A DNA stretch of 64,000 bases from the human T2T-CHM13v2.0 reference genome, Homo sapiens (GCF_009914755.1 NC_060938.1); one strand, 5' to 3'; shown: positions 1-13,804, counted from the first letter of the stretch. Notes: generated from the letters alone by a model not told the origin. Translations and numbers: made by a program.

Positions 1-1766
1 TTGAATGCCTGCTGAGTGTCAATCTCTGAATTGTACAGTGAGAGGGCAGGGTCTGCGGAGATCTGAAAGATGAAGAAGAGAATTGAGCCTCCTATCCATG
101 GGACTCAGATGACAACTGAAATATACATATTCCTGTTCACGTTCTTCTCTTTGTTGCTTTCCACCAGGACAAAATCAAAGGGACCCTTAGGAGGAGAGTG
201 TGTCATTTTCTAGGGGAAAAAAGAAGTTTTCAGTGCCTCAGCTCTTGCCAGGCTGAAGAGACAAAGTTGTGTTTATCTTGAAAAGTCTTTCAGTGCGTGG
301 TGCCACTTGTCCTGGAGAACACACCAGCCTCTGCCCCTGCACTGTACCATCTCCTATATTATATCCCCCACCTCCACCTCATCCCCCAGCCCCCAAGTCA
401 TGAGGCTCAGTCGTTGCTGGGAGAATGGTGAAGAGGAGTCACAGAACAGGTGGATAAACTTAGTGGATGAACTGCACCTACCTTCCTCTCAGACAGAGAT
501 TTGGTCCCCAAGACTTTTCAGAGCGGGTTTGTGCTGGTCACCTTCCCACAGAAGGAAGTGTGTGGAGGAAGTTGAAGCTGCTGTGGTTCCAGACGCAGGC
601 AGGTCACCCCTGATGCTTTCAACAAGAGGCGTGCAGTGCATCGCAGGACATCTGCTAAGGGCCATCTCAGAGGCCCACCCCTGGAAGCCACAGAAACCGA
701 AAAGACCCAAGCACCCGCCAACTCAACAAGTTACTCTTTTAAAAATGCCTTGATTTCTTCATCAGTAAAACTAGCAATGGGGCTTGACCTAGCTTTGGGA
801 TTTTAGAGTGAAATTTCAATAACAAAGCAAATGTTTACTAGGGTGTTTTCACAGGGGCACATCCATTGGGAACTGTCTCCTTGGAACAAAGAATAAGCAA
901 GTCCGGGGAGCAGCTGGTCTTGAGAATCTGATTTGTTGAGATGAGATGAAGTAATTATCACCAGGGAGCGCCAAGCTGCCTTGCAGCTTTTCCATGGCTG
1001 TTCAAGTATACAGGGACCATGTGTCTCAGCTGGCTGCTCCCTAAAAACAAGTTTCCATTACCTAAGTGGACAGAAGGAGTGACAGGAAGTGTAGAGGGAA
1101 GTGTGTCCCCTGCTGAAGCTGGGTGGAGTTCCTAGAAGCAACCAATAAGAAAGAGTCCCCACCAAGCCACTGAGTCACAAGGACTTGGCACTGATAGTGG
1201 GCAGAACTGTAACTTGCCGGATTTATGTGCATACCTAGAGCTTCCCCCTAGTACTCTCTGGGCCTCCAGAGACACCTCTTATTCTCTGCTCTTTTGCAAG
1301 CCTTCTTCAAGAAGGCCATGGGAGTTCCCAAGATGAGGAGTGTGGGGGTTCCCTCTTCCTTAGGTACATGCCATCCCTTTTCTCCTGGTGTGACCTTGGA
1401 CCCTTCAGACTCCCAGGGTTCTCACCTTTCCTAATGGAATATACTTGGTGAGGCTCTCCTAAAATATCTCTGTCTCCAAATTTACCTCAAACTGGCCTCG
1501 CTTTCCAAAAGCTTACAACTTTAAGCATACACTAAGCAGCGTATGATTCTTATGGCTTTCTGTGGGACAGTGCTTGCTCTGGACACAGCACTGGCTTAGG
1601 CAGAAAGCCTGGGTTGGTGGTTCTTAATTCTGACTGCAAATGAGAATTGTTTGTAGGAATTTTTCTAGAGATGCCAAAGCTTTGCCCTCCAGTGATTCCA
1701 ATTCAGTGGTTTACAACCACAATTCTGCCACTGTTACTTCGGACCCTTAGGCAAATCTTTAAGCTC

Positions 1767-2014
1767 TTTTTATTGAGACAGGGTCTTTCTCTGTCACCCA
1801 GGCAGGAGTGCAATGGTGCAACTGCAGCCTTGACCTTCTGGGCTCAAGTGATCCACTGGCCTCAGCCTCACAAGCCACCACACTCAGCTAATTTTTTCTA
1901 GAGACAGTGTCTCACTATGTTGCCCAGGCTGGTCCCAAACTCTTGGGCTCAAGCAGTCCTCCTGCCTCGGCCTCCCAGAGTTGGGATTACAGGCATGAGC
2001 CACTGCACCCGGCC
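1767..2014 (-). mobile_element. Alu (old, internally deleted)
   Basis: Antisense Alu motifs; TSD aaatctttaag at 1753-1763 and 2015-2025. Confidence 0.85.
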
Positions 2015-2679
2015 AAATCTTTAAGTTCTCTGATCATCTGTTTCCTTGCCTGTGGGACCTGGGTAGATAACCACCCTCCCCATCTCACACGGTGATGGTT
2101 AGGGTCAGAAGAGTTTATCTATCACTAGTGCCGGGTAAAGTGTAGTGAAAATCTTAAGACTACTGTTGTCCTGCGTTGTCCTACTCCTTTCTTCATTCAG
2201 TCCTTATCCCCAATATTCTCCACCTCCATCAATTCCATATCCCAAAGTATGAAATACCTGCAGTCCTGAGATCCCAGTCTGCCTCTGCTCCCCCGAGGTA
2301 TCCAATCACAAATCTGAAAGATTATCCAGTCCCACCTCATGCCTTCAGGAAGACCCGTTCCTGACCCACACAAACAGATGAGACTCATCTTGGCTTTAAA
2401 ACCTGCTCATAGATGTTCAGCATCCTCTCGATAACTGTGTTTCATCTTATTTCTGCAGTGCCAGCCCAATGCAGGGCAACGGGGCTTTGCTTTGGGCCTC
2501 CCTGCAGGTGGCACTAGGGAAGGTAGAGAAGGGAAGACAATGTTTGCCGCTTCCGTGGTCACTCTACTGCTGTTGCCTTTGCTTCTGGAGCTGCTTCTAC
2601 CAGCACTGCCTCTCTCCCTCCCACATCACTGCCAGGGTCTGAGTGAGACCTACCCCCAAGGACTCATCCAGGCAGCCAC

Positions 2680-5222
2680 ACCGGTGGTTTGAAATAATCT
2701 TTATTTTGTAAACATCTGTGTTTAAAATAGATGAACCCTGCTCACAATTCATATATGGACCCGAGACACAGTACACGAAGTTCACCCGTCACAGGGAGAT
2801 AGTGGAGGCTCAGGAGCAGGTGGCGTGCCTGGGGCTGGATGGAGTCTCAAGACAGCAGGTGCAGAGGTGGTGACGAGTAAACAGGCCAGCAGAGCCTGGT
2901 TAACAGTCTGGGCCTCAAGACATGCCCCAGGCCACCAAAAGTTTAGGGTGAGCGTAGCTGCACCCTAAAATCCCAATTCTCCTTCTGCTCCCATACCTTT
3001 TCCCAGTCATGGCCCTTGTGGATAGGGCCTATCAGTCTATAGAATCCTGATTCCATGTTTTCCCTTCCAGAACCCCTAGGGTACAGTACAAATATAGTCC
3101 TTCTTTCCTGAGGGGGCTAGGAGAGAAAGACAATGAATGGCACCCTGCCTGATCTTCAGGGAAAGCTGAAATACTGGTCCACAGATTGGAGCCACTGCCC
3201 AATATAACTTCTCAAGTCCCTGGCTGAAGACAGACTTGAGGGCTGGCATCACCTACTTCCCTAGCCCCAGTGTGATGTGGCATAGGTCTTGATACCCAAG
3301 GAGTCCCATCTTCAAGGAAGCAACTCCAGCCTAGTCACAGCTTCATCCTAGAGTTAGCTGTCTCCTTTTCTCATTAGCCAGTGATTTACAACTTCCTGCT
3401 CTCCTTTGCTTTCCACCATCTAAGCTATACCCTGTCCCTAAGTCCTGAGCCACCCTCTCCTGCTGTTTTCCTGGTTTGGTAAGTCAGGAGGAAAGGTTTG
3501 ATGGTTCTTTCCCCACTTCTTTTTGGAGGAGTAAGGAAGTGAGGTTCTTATCCTTCACATATGAGTGCCCTGGATTTTGGTTCTTAGTTGATGAATACTC
3601 AACACCCAGTTCTTTGTTTTGGCTGCAGCCACGCAGTGCAGCTAATGTGTGGCTTAAGAATGACCCTCTTCCTAGGCCTCGCCCACCTTGGGACGGTGGG
3701 CAGGAACCCCAGTAGAACTGGTAAATTACTTGTTCCGTCTTTAAAGGGCCTCCTACGAGCTACTCTTGGGCCATATGGGGTTAAAGAAACTTCCTGAACA
3801 TAGCACTCTGGAGGAAGGAGTCCTCTTCCCTCCACCTGTAGCCACAGTGTGGTTGGCAAACCCTCAAGCCTATCAGGAGGTAGAGGGCAAGATGAGCGCT
3901 TTGTCTTAAAGGCCAAAGAGAACAGCACCAAGCGTTTCTACCCAGGGCCTTCCTTCTCTCTTCCCATGAAGTCTTTGCCCTTCTCCCATAAACTTTGGGT
4001 CCCAGGAGAACCTTGGTTGCTGAAGGCTAGGCTCAGTCCTCCGCCTGGGAGTCTGAGGAAATGCTCTTCTTACCTAAGAAATGGAAGATGGGGCCTAGGA
4101 GGCCCTGCTGTTGCTACATTCCCCTCTGCTGTGCAAACTGCTGTCCCTGGCCAGCTCTCCCTTGCTCTTAACCTGATACATAGGAGCTAGTCCTTCATTT
4201 CCAAATGCTCCCCTTTGTGGAGTGCATGGTTGGCCTGACAGTGTCACTGACCCCAGGGCTCTCCTTGCCCCTGGAGTACCCACAGGCCTTGGTCCACATC
4301 TTTAAATTTGGGAGCCAGGTGGAGAGAAATTGTGTTCATGCTGCATGGGAGGTAGAGAATGGAGGTGACTTTTTATCCCTGCCACCCCTCATTTTGTTTC
4401 CTTCTCTGAAGCACCTGCCTCTGAGCTCAGTTCCCCAAAGAGGCAGGCGGGCAGCCAAGCAAGGGCAAAGCTCTGGTCGGGGAATGGGTAGAGGTAGGGC
4501 AGCCCCAGGCTCGAGGACTCCCTGGTTGCCGTTTCCCTCCTACCTCGATGCTCCACTTTCGCAGGTCACTGGGGAGGCAGGCCCATGGCACATGAGGGAC
4601 AGTGGGGGTGGGGGAAGAGGAAGAAGCACCCTGTAGCCTTTGGCCCACCCACGAGGCAGGGTGGAGGGTTCTTCCTGGATCCAAGGGTGGAACCTCCCCA
4701 CGAGCCTGGGTCCATCCCCTTGGATAGCTTAGGAAGGAAGGAAAGAGCGAGCTGCACACAGCAGGACACACGGGGGACGGGGTTTGAGGAGCTTTGATAC
4801 GAAACGCACCGGAGGGGAGGGGTCAGAGAAAGAGAAGTGGGGGAAGAGAGAAAAAGCAGAGAAGAGACACGATGCACGGAGAAAGGAGCAGCTGAAAGTG
4901 GCCTGGACTCCAGCCCTGGCTGTTGTCTGGTGGGTGCGGGATGGTGAGACAGTGCTTGCGGCACATCGTGGGGGTCGTAGCAGGCCTGTGGCTGGGGAAA
5001 CAGGCTGAAGAAGACCACTCCAGGGTGGACGGGCTGGGGACAGGGGCTGCTTGAGATGACAGCAGAGCCGCTCTCAGGGCCAGGCAGGGGGAGTAGTGGC
5101 TACTGATACTCAATAGGGTCATCACACGAGAGGACAGCAGCAGGGCAAAGCCCCGGCTCCCCTGTCTGCCCACGGGCCTCCTGAGGGAAGAGGGGTGTCG
5201 TGTGGGGTGCCCCACACAGGAC
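2680..5222 (-). other. RAB15: RAB15 3'UTR (~2.5 kb; 3' end approximate)
   Basis: Alu-free stretch from the stop codon to a minus-strand AATAAA in AU-rich context. Confidence 0.75.
2700..2705 (-). terminator. RAB15: RAB15 polyadenylation signal AATAAA
   Basis: Plus-strand tttatt at 2700-2705, in an AT-rich patch 2.5 kb past the stop. Confidence 0.75.
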
Positions 5223-5381
5223 TCAGCACCAGCAGGTTTTCGAAGAGTTCGCTGGGCCCTCGGGTTTGCCCTCCTCCTCCTCCAGCTCTGCCAGTGCCAA
5301 CTCATTGCTGGCACGCATCCGGAGGCCTTCCAGCTCCTTCCTATGGGCCTGCAGCACCAGCTCTGTCAGACGCGTGAATGA
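5223..5381 (-). CDS. RAB15: RAB15 coding exon 7 (hypervariable tail, CXC prenylation motif, stop)
   Basis: tttccag acceptor; SFTRLTELVLQAHRKELEGLRMRASNELALAELEEEEGKPEGPANSSKTCWC*; exon sum 124+61+61+78+90+66+159=639 nt = 212 aa. Confidence 0.97.
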   Translation of the reverse strand, partial: SFTRLTELVLQAHRKELEGLRMRASNELALAELEEEEGKPEGPANSSKTCWC

Positions 5382-5536
5382 CTGGAAACCAAAGGGCACA
5401 GGTTAGTCCAGTGTCTCCTCCTCTCCCCTGGCAACCCTGCAGCGGCCTGAGGGATAAGGTCCATCTTATGGCTCCTCCTCCCACCTCTGCTGGACTCAGC
5501 CCGAGAGAGCGGGCGCCTGGTCACCAGGGCTCTCAC

Positions 5537-5602
5537 CTCTTTAATGTTGAGGTTGGTGCAGGCACTTGTTTCATAGAAGTCCATGCCATACTCCTTCGCC
5601 AG
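5537..5602 (-). CDS. RAB15: RAB15 coding exon 6 (ETSAC, G5)
   Basis: cttgcag acceptor; LAKEYGMDFYETSACTNLNIKE; donor GAG|GTGAG; 66 nt. Confidence 0.97.
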
Positions 5603-6288
5603 CTGCAAGAGAAGGACATTTCTGAAAGAGAGTCAGTAAGGCAGGGGAGGGGCCCATACAACCAGGCACAGGCTTCTGCCACTGCACTCACAACCATGCT
5701 GTGTTGTGACGATTTCTCAGAGTAGATAATTTCTCAGATGGGACTGGGAGCTCCAAGAGAGGGTAGCAGAGAATGGGGGAAGATCCTCCACAAATATGCC
5801 TCTCCATTCTTCCAGCTGCCACCCCACGCCTCCCAACACACAATCATATATCAGGAGATAAAGACACCATCCATTGTGGCAGTATGGCATCCTCGTAAAA
5901 AACATGGGCTCTGGAGTCCCACAGTCCCAGACCTGAATAGCAGCACTGCCACTGATGGCTAGCTGTGTGACCTTGGACAAGTTGTACATTCTCTGTAAGC
6001 CCCAGCTTTATCTTCTGTTAAAGGAGACTGAGTGTGTCTCCCATCCATGGTTGTGGGATGATTCAGTGGGGTCGTGCACTTAAAAGCGCTTGCCTTAGCA
6101 CAGTGCCACACATAGAGTGCTCAATAAATACTATCCTAGTAGGCTTTGCCTCTACTTTCAAATTGGTCAATGACCATGTCTTATATTTTATACCAAACAA
6201 TCAATTTCATTTTAAGTACTAATGGAACGCTATTGACTGAAAAGGGAGAGGAAAACTCTTGAGGTCCACGGACTGAGTGGATAACTTA

Positions 6289-6701
<413 letters not shown>

Positions 6702-7193
6702 CTACCCTTTCTGCCCCCATGGCTTCTCCAGCTGTGGCTCTTTGTCTCCTCATTTGCCTCCCTGGCTCTTTCCTGGGTAAGAAGGACAGGAGTGGGGGAG
6801 TGTTGGGTGGGATGGGAGATCATTTCTCGACCGTAACATGGCAGCTAGGCCTGGATGCTGTCAGAGAAGAGGTTGACAACTTGAAGTCCTTCATTACTAA
6901 CACGGGGATGATCTCTTAAGCAGAGGGCAATCCTGCATTTGGGGACCTGGACTTGGGAGAGTTGCTGCCTATGACGTCTTTGTTTCTGGATGGACCCCGA
7001 ATCTCTGGGCTTCTGTCCTGAAACCCAGACAACAAGCCTTCCGAGGATGGCCACTCCCCCAGGGCCTTGGGGTGCTGGGGACGTGTGGGAGGACCTGCCA
7101 CTGGGGAACACACCCCTAGGTCCCCACGCTCAGGACTGGCCCTGGAGGCCCAGCAGAGGACCTGGGGTGGACTTGCCTTTTCCCTCCACTTAC

Positions 7194-7283
7194 CTGCTGC
7201 CCTTGCTCTCTTCCCACCTGCCGTTTCTGCTCCTCATCAGCCTTATTCCCAATAAGGATCTTCTGGACGCCTTCTGGTGCGTA
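7194..7283 (-). CDS. RAB15: RAB15 coding exon 5 (NKAD, G4)
   Basis: ccctag acceptor; YAPEGVQKILIGNKADEEQKRQVGREQGQQ; donor CAG|GTAAG; 90 nt. Confidence 0.97.
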
Positions 7284-7811
7284 CTAGGGACAAAGGATGG
7301 GCAGAACAGCCAGTGAGTGCTGCCTGCCCCCCCAATTTTCCCTACAGAGTCTGCACTGCCTCCAGCCCACCACCAATTCCAGAGCCCTAGGGACAGGGTG
7401 GGCCGACTGGATGCAGGTGCCAGGCTCCCCCAAGTGCCATGGCTGACCTCAAGGGTATCACGGGGAGAGCTTAGGGTAGAAGACACTCTGGCTAAGACTG
7501 GTGCTTCCTTGGGTTAGACCACTGGTATCAGAGCTGGAAAGGACATTGGATGTAAGTCCAGCCCTCATTCTACAGGAACTGGGGACCCAGAGGATTCAAA
7601 TGGCTTCCCAAGGCTCCACAGCTATTGTGCAGAGCCAGGACTAGATCCCAATCTTGCAACTCCACCTGGTCCCAAGATTTCAGGAAAGAAGCTGCTCACA
7701 GGGAAGACTTGGAACTAATTCATTTCCGGGAAAGACACAGCCGTGGAGGCCTGGCAGGGTATAGAGAGTGAGGGCATGGCAGCTTCGGTTTCTTCCCCAT
7801 GTCTTACTCAC

Positions 7812-7942
7812 CCAGAGGTCTTCATCCAGGGCTGTGGAAGGCAAAGCTTCCTGGAAGCATTTGCCTTCCCATCTGGCCCTCGCCTTGCCTTCCCCGGTGA
7901 GGCACCCTCTCCACACCCCGGCAGTGAGGTGGCATCTCCTAC
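7812..7942 (-). CDS. RAB15: RAB15 alternative exon-4 extension (131 nt, frameshifting isoform)
   Basis: Frame stays open past the first donor (VGDATSLPGC...PWMKTSG) to a consensus donor TGG|GTGAGT at 7811; the product matches my recollection of a 208-aa RAB15 isoform. Confidence 0.8.
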
Positions 7943-8020
7943 CTCATCCACGTCACTGACCCACTTCATGATGTGCTGGTAAGAGCGCTCGCTGCTAATG
8001 TCATAGACCAAAAATATCCC
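7943..8020 (-). CDS. RAB15: RAB15 coding exon 4
   Basis: ctctcag acceptor; GIFLVYDISSERSYQHIMKWVSDVDE; donor GAG|GTAGGA; 78 nt. Confidence 0.97.
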
Positions 8021-8471
8021 CTGAGAGAGAGAGAAATAGAGAGATGTGATATGCACAGAGAGAGTGCAGTCATGGGGCCAGAAGGGGCCGTGGAAACTTA
8101 AAGGTTGGGTCCCACTCTCCCATTCTCCCTGCTCAGCATCCAGAAATATCTCTTCTCTCAGACCCCACCACTGCCGCCTCCCAGGCCCATCACAGAACTC
8201 TCTACAGCAGGAAGACACCACATGCTTTGACCTGGATCTTTGACCCAGGATGGAGGGTGGAAGTCAGGGGTGAGGGCAGGGGCCTGCCTGCAGTGAGTGG
8301 GCCATGAACAATGGACGGACAAATGATCAGTGAACAGCTGAAAGACGCCCTGCGCTCCTCCAAGCAGGCGAACTGTATTTAGGGGATCCGTGGCACAGAC
8401 ATCTCAAATACCCAGAGCTGGGAGTGTGGGTGGCAGCTTCCCACTTTGAAACCCCCAATGTGGTGGCTTAC

Positions 8472-8532
8472 CTGGGCCCGCCGATAGTACTGCTTTGTGA
8501 TGGTCTGGTATCTCTCCTGCCCTGCAGTGTCC
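8472..8532 (-). CDS. RAB15: RAB15 coding exon 3 (WDTAGQE, G3)
   Basis: ctgcag acceptor; (W)DTAGQERYQTITKQYYRRAQ; donor CAG|GTAAG; 61 nt. Confidence 0.97.
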
Positions 8533-9379
8533 CTGCAGGAGAAAGCCAGTCCCTCAGAGGAGCAGGGACCATGGGAACAGACGGGGAGGGGAAGAGCAGA
8601 GCTGTCCCCTTGTAGGAAAAACTGGGGAGCTAAAGGGTGAAAAACCAGGGATGCTTGGATCCCCACAGGGATCTGCAGTCAGAGGCCTGGTCATCTGTGC
8701 TGGTGCTGACCAGGCCTGCAGGGCCTTGGCCCCTCCTGCCAACTGCCCTCCTGGCAGAAACCAGAAGCCACAGCCAGAACAGGCCTTGGACAGCTCTCTG
8801 GAATCTGGCCACTGTGGCCAGATTTGGTTGGATGGGAGTTGGCAGGGGATGCTGCTACACCCCTAGTCCCTATGGGACCTCTGAAGGCAGTGCCCATACT
8901 GCTGTGGAATTGAGAGGGAGCTCTAAACCCTGGCAAAGGCAGTGCTTCCAAGACCTCAGGCAGAGAGCCACAGCAGCACCCTCTGCTACTGTGGAAACTT
9001 CATCATGCTATCCTGAGGAACTCTCTCAGGGTCTCGCCCTAAATGATGGGGGGTGTAGCCTCCTTCCTTCCAATCTTAACATAGTGTGGCACAGCCCAAG
9101 GGCAAAGCCTAATCCTGAGATAAATTCACAATGGTTAGTGTGCCAGTTCCTTCTAATTCCTGCCCTTTGGTGCTTGTAGTCAATCCCCTAAAGTTTCTTA
9201 GAGGTTGGAGATTAAGGCTTATAGGAAGAGATGGGCTTCTGAGACTTCGCTTCCATCCATCAGAGAGGTGGCCAGTTATCCCAGGTGAAGCCTAGGAATT
9301 TTACACATGGCAGGGGCAGCTAAGGAGCAGCCAGAAGTCCTCTTCTCCTACATCTGCCTCCTCCTCCTCCCCAGCTCAC

Positions 9380-9440
9380 CAGATCTGTATCCGCACTTTG
9401 ATGCCGTCTACCTCTATGGTCTTCATCTTAAAGTCAACAC
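9380..9440 (-). CDS. RAB15: RAB15 coding exon 2
   Basis: ttcttcag acceptor; (G)VDFKMKTIEVDGIKVRIQI(W); donor TG|GTGAG; 61 nt, phase matches exons 1 and 3. Confidence 0.97.
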
Positions 9441-12400
9441 CTGAAGAAAGGAAGAAAGAAAGAAAGTTAGAAAGCGTACCCACGAGAAATGAACAGGAAA
9501 GGGCCAGGCAATCACACTTGAAAGGTTTCCTTTCAGTTTAATTTGGCAAAGGGATGAAGTAATGTAAAGGCCTTCTTTAAGCAGAAACTGACCTTAAGGA
9601 AGTATCTGAAGCTTTGAAAGGGGCTTTCCTCCCTCCCTGAGCTGAAAGTTGCCACAAGTAAAGGCCCTGGGGGACCCAGAGGAGGGAGAGTGAATCTGGG
9701 GAAATCTACTTCATCACTGCCTTACTCGACAGACTTAAAACATGTCTCGTTCTAGTCATGTGTGAAGTCTTCCTATTTATACTTCTGGAGAGAACGCTGT
9801 GTTTATCCTTCCTGAAATTCTAATCTCTAGGAATAGCAACCCACATTATTTGCCTGCTTTCTTCCCTCTCTCTCTTTGCCTTGTTAATAACCAGAAGGGG
9901 TCATAGTGCCAGACTGTGGAGAGAGAGGAGGGCTCTTCCAACCCATGATTGTACCTGAAGCCTCAGCACCCAGCCAAGGCTCACCAAAAAGAAGGCCTCA
10001 TGCGTCTTGGTTGCTGACTCACTCATTCACCATAGGAGGCACTGTGGTTGACTAGAAGGAGCATGGGCTTTGGTGTCAGGCCTGAGCTTATCTCCTCCCT
10101 CTGGCCACTCATAGCTCATTGCTATAACATCAGGCACCTTGCTTCACTGAGCGTCCATTTCTGCCTCAGTAAATATCTTCATCAGGGACATTACCAGTAT
10201 CTCAGAGGGTTGCTGAGGAGGCCGGATGAGATACAGCACCTGGCCCAATTGACTGCAGCTGTCATGAGCTAGTGCAGGGCCGGGTACATGCGGGTGCTTA
10301 TGAGTGACTGTCATAGGACCAGATGAAGAGGCAGTGGCATGGCATGGCATGTCACTGCGGGAGGGAAAGGAAGCAAAGAGTTCCCACGCTTCTTCATCCA
10401 AGGGCTGGAGGAGCTAAGCTGCCACGAGACACAAGAAACCGAAGGGATTTGGCAAATGCGTGCAGGGCAGAAACATATTGGAGAAATCTGCAGCAAGAGA
10501 AGTCAGCACCACCAGCAGCAGCCAGCTTGACTCTGAGTGACAACAGAGAGATGAGGGAGGTTGTTTTGCTGACCATGCCTCTCCCCAACTCTAACTATAC
10601 CCAGGCACTATGCCCAGGGATTCAAGAGCTACGTCTGGTGGGTTAATTAAGCTTACGTCTTTGTGTACTCCCTGGAGCAAGGTCAGGAGTGGGCATGATC
10701 AGCCACAGTTTTCAGATGGGAACATGGTAGAGTTCCGAACCGTCTGCCACCAGCTGCACTGCCCGGCCCAGAAGGCCTGAAGGCACCAGCATCCCCATCA
10801 CCACTGCCACTCCACCTCCGCATCAGTTATTTGCCAAATGGGAGACATCTTCCCTTATCTGTGCTGTCCCCAGCTTTCTACAAAGGCAAACAAATTAAAT
10901 TCTGTCTCTTCCTTCCCACCATCAAGACCAATCATCATTTAATTACAAGGGAAAAAAGATGCAGAACGGGCAACCTGAACTAAATCGATTTGGTCAGACG
11001 TGAATCATTTCTCGCCTGCCCAAGCTGATTCATATCCATTGAGCTGTACTTTTCCAAATGGGCAATGCCTGGCAGCCATTCTTCCATGTGTGCAGAGAAA
11101 GAGTGAAGAGAAGGAGGGAGGAAGGGAGGAAGGAGAGAAGCATCAGGCCTTGGGAAGCAGGAGTATGCTTATTTCTGCCTGGATCAACGGTTATCAGGCA
11201 CCTGTTTCTCCCCAGTACCTGGCATAGAAGGGAATCAAGACATTCTTGTTTCATGATACAGCACCTTCTTCCAAGAAGAACGAGAAATTTTCTCCAATTT
11301 GTAATATACCTGGTTTATCCTCACACTAGCCTAGCAAACCTGGCCAAGGACAGTGCCTTGTGCAAAGCCATCACAAGGGGGACAGGAAGAGAGAAGGTTT
11401 TATTTCCTTTATCCCACAAACATTTATGGGAACTTCCTATGTGCCCTGCACAGTGCTCAGTGCAGACAGAGCAGTGAAAAAGACATGGCCCCTGCCCTCA
11501 GAGAGCCTAGTGGAAAGGAAACAAGGGCTCAGAGAGGTCAATGGCTAGCCAGGGTCAGCACAGCACGTGCAGAGATTCCAACACAGGTCCATCTATGCTG
11601 GAACCCACGCTGCCCCTTGCGCTGGTTCTTAGGGAAGCAAGAGGAGAGTCGTGTAGTTGGCTAGGCCTGGAAGCCCTAACTCTGCTTAGTTTCCTTTTTG
11701 CCTGTGGGTGCCTGAGAAGGACTTTGCTAGGAGAGGAACTTCCAATATTAAGGTGAATTTTTCCCTGTGAGAGAAGAGGGGATGGAGGGAGAGGTGAAAG
11801 CAGGCAACTGTCCCCAGAGACAGAACTGACAAGGAGACAGGGTACTCCACCGGAAGTGAGGCTGGGCAGTGACTCCTTCTCACCTCCTCCCTCACTTCTT
11901 AGCTATGTGGCGGGGGACTAAGGCTGAGGAATTCCGGGGCTCGCAGCACTCCCCGGCCTCACACACACCCCACCATCTTGCAACCTAGGTCTCACTGGCC
12001 ACCTGGGAACATGTGTTTTATTCACCTTTTGGCTATTCATATGCATTCACATATGATGGAAGAAACAGAGTAAGTCTATGTCTTCTGAAGGATTTTCCTT
12101 CCTCCCTCCCCGCCCACACAACCTCTCTTAAATTTAAAAAAGGTTAACAGCCCAAGGATCTTCAAGAGGAATCTATTGCTTCTGCGCTCTGTTCCCACAC
12201 AACCTGGGCCTTCAGCTGTGTCCACCTACCAGTCAAGCCCTGGCCCCAGTAACCCGTGCCCATCGTGGCTCCTTCCCTCTCCCTGCGTGGCTGTTGGTTT
12301 TTTCCACTGCTGAGCACTGCAGGACAAAGTCAACACACTGGCCTTATTGAGGCCTCTGCAGACGGATGCTTTCTCACCTTGGCCAGCCCTCGCAGCTGCT

Positions 12401-12767
12401 TAGCAAACTGTTTATTCACATGTGTGTTCACCTATCACTGTCCCCCCACTGAAGACTTCAGCTCCAGGGCACCCCCTCCCCACCCCTGTGCTCTCAGCAG
12501 GATACCTTCTCCACTGTTTTATGGCCCAGATGAATGCCTTTCCTCTGAAGCCACCTCCTTTCTTCAGATTTTCCTAAGTTCTCTCTGCCTTCCCTCAGGG
12601 AAGAGTCCTCTGTCCACATCTGGCCTCTTTTCGGTCATCAGCCCCACCTGGGTGCACACCCAGAGAGTCAGCCCTTTTTGTTGCATCTTTAGTATCCGTG
12701 AGAAGAAGAGATATTCTCCATCTATCTCTGCCTCCAGTGGTTTCACATTCCGGCTCCTCTAAGGTCA

Positions 12768-13660
12768 TATTTCTCAAACTTCCAGGTGCATGAGAATCAC
12801 GCGGGGATTGAGTTAAAATGCAGATTCTGATCTGGTAGGTGTAGGGCAAGGCCTGAGATGCTGCAGGAAGCTCCCAGGTGAAGATGACGCTACTGTCCAC
12901 ATATCGCCTGAGTAACAAGCTGTTCTCAAAGTGTGTCCCTGGACCCACAGCATCAGCATCACCTGGGACTTGTTAGAAATGCAAATTCTGGCCGCACGCG
13001 GTGGCTCACACCAGTAATCCCAAGACCTTGGGAGGCTGAGGTGAGTGGATCACCTGAGGTCAGGAGTTTGAGACCAGCCTGGCCAACATGGTGAAACCCC
13101 CGTCTCTACTAAAAATACAAACGTTAGCTAGTCATGGTGGCGGGCACCTGTAATCCCAGCTACTCAGGAGCGGGTCTGGGGTGTGGGGAGAATCGCTTTA
13201 ACCCAGGAGGCAGAGGCTGCAGTGAGCTGAGATCATGCCACTGCACTCCAGTCTGGGCGACAGGGTGAGACTTCATCTCAAAAAAAAAAAAAAAGAAAAG
13301 AAAGGAAAAGAAAACGAAATGCAAATATGCAAATTCTTGGGCCTTACCTCAGACCTATAGAATCAGGCCCTCTAGGTATGGGGTCCCGCAATCAGTTTCA
13401 ATAAGCTCTCACAGTGATTCTCACACATGCGTAAGTTTGAGAACGACATTAGGACAAAAGTTTTGCACCTGAAGTGTCAAGAGAGCGAGAGCACAAGAGT
13501 TCTCTGTTTCTCAAGGTGTGCTTTGCAGAGCTTCGGCTTTAGAATCACCTGGGGTGACTTAAAACAAAGACAAAAACAATGACCTTGACGTGCCTAGACC
13601 TACTGAATCATAATTTGAGGGTGAGGCCCAGAAATCTGTATTTTTAACAGCACTGTGGGT
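12768..13660. mobile_element. Cluster of MER5-like hAT MITEs with an Alu (12989-13315, +) inserted in the middle copy
   Basis: Recurrent ttctcaaa...atcacctgg...aaatgcaaattct motifs; atgcaaattct recurs on both sides of the Alu. Confidence 0.7.
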
Positions 13661-13804
13661 GATATTAGATAGAAGTAGTTTCAAGAGCTATATATGTCAT
13701 GGAAGAAACATCCATTGGCCTGGAGTCAGAAAGACCTGGTCCAAGTCCTGGTTCTGGCACTTACTGTGTAACTTCAGGCAAGTCTCAACTTCTCCTAGCT
13801 TCAA

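Noticed and set aside
4663-4733. Possible tandem hairpins in the RAB15 3'UTR
   Set aside because: Short, bulged stems expected by chance in GC-rich sequence; no miRNA- or SECIS-like features
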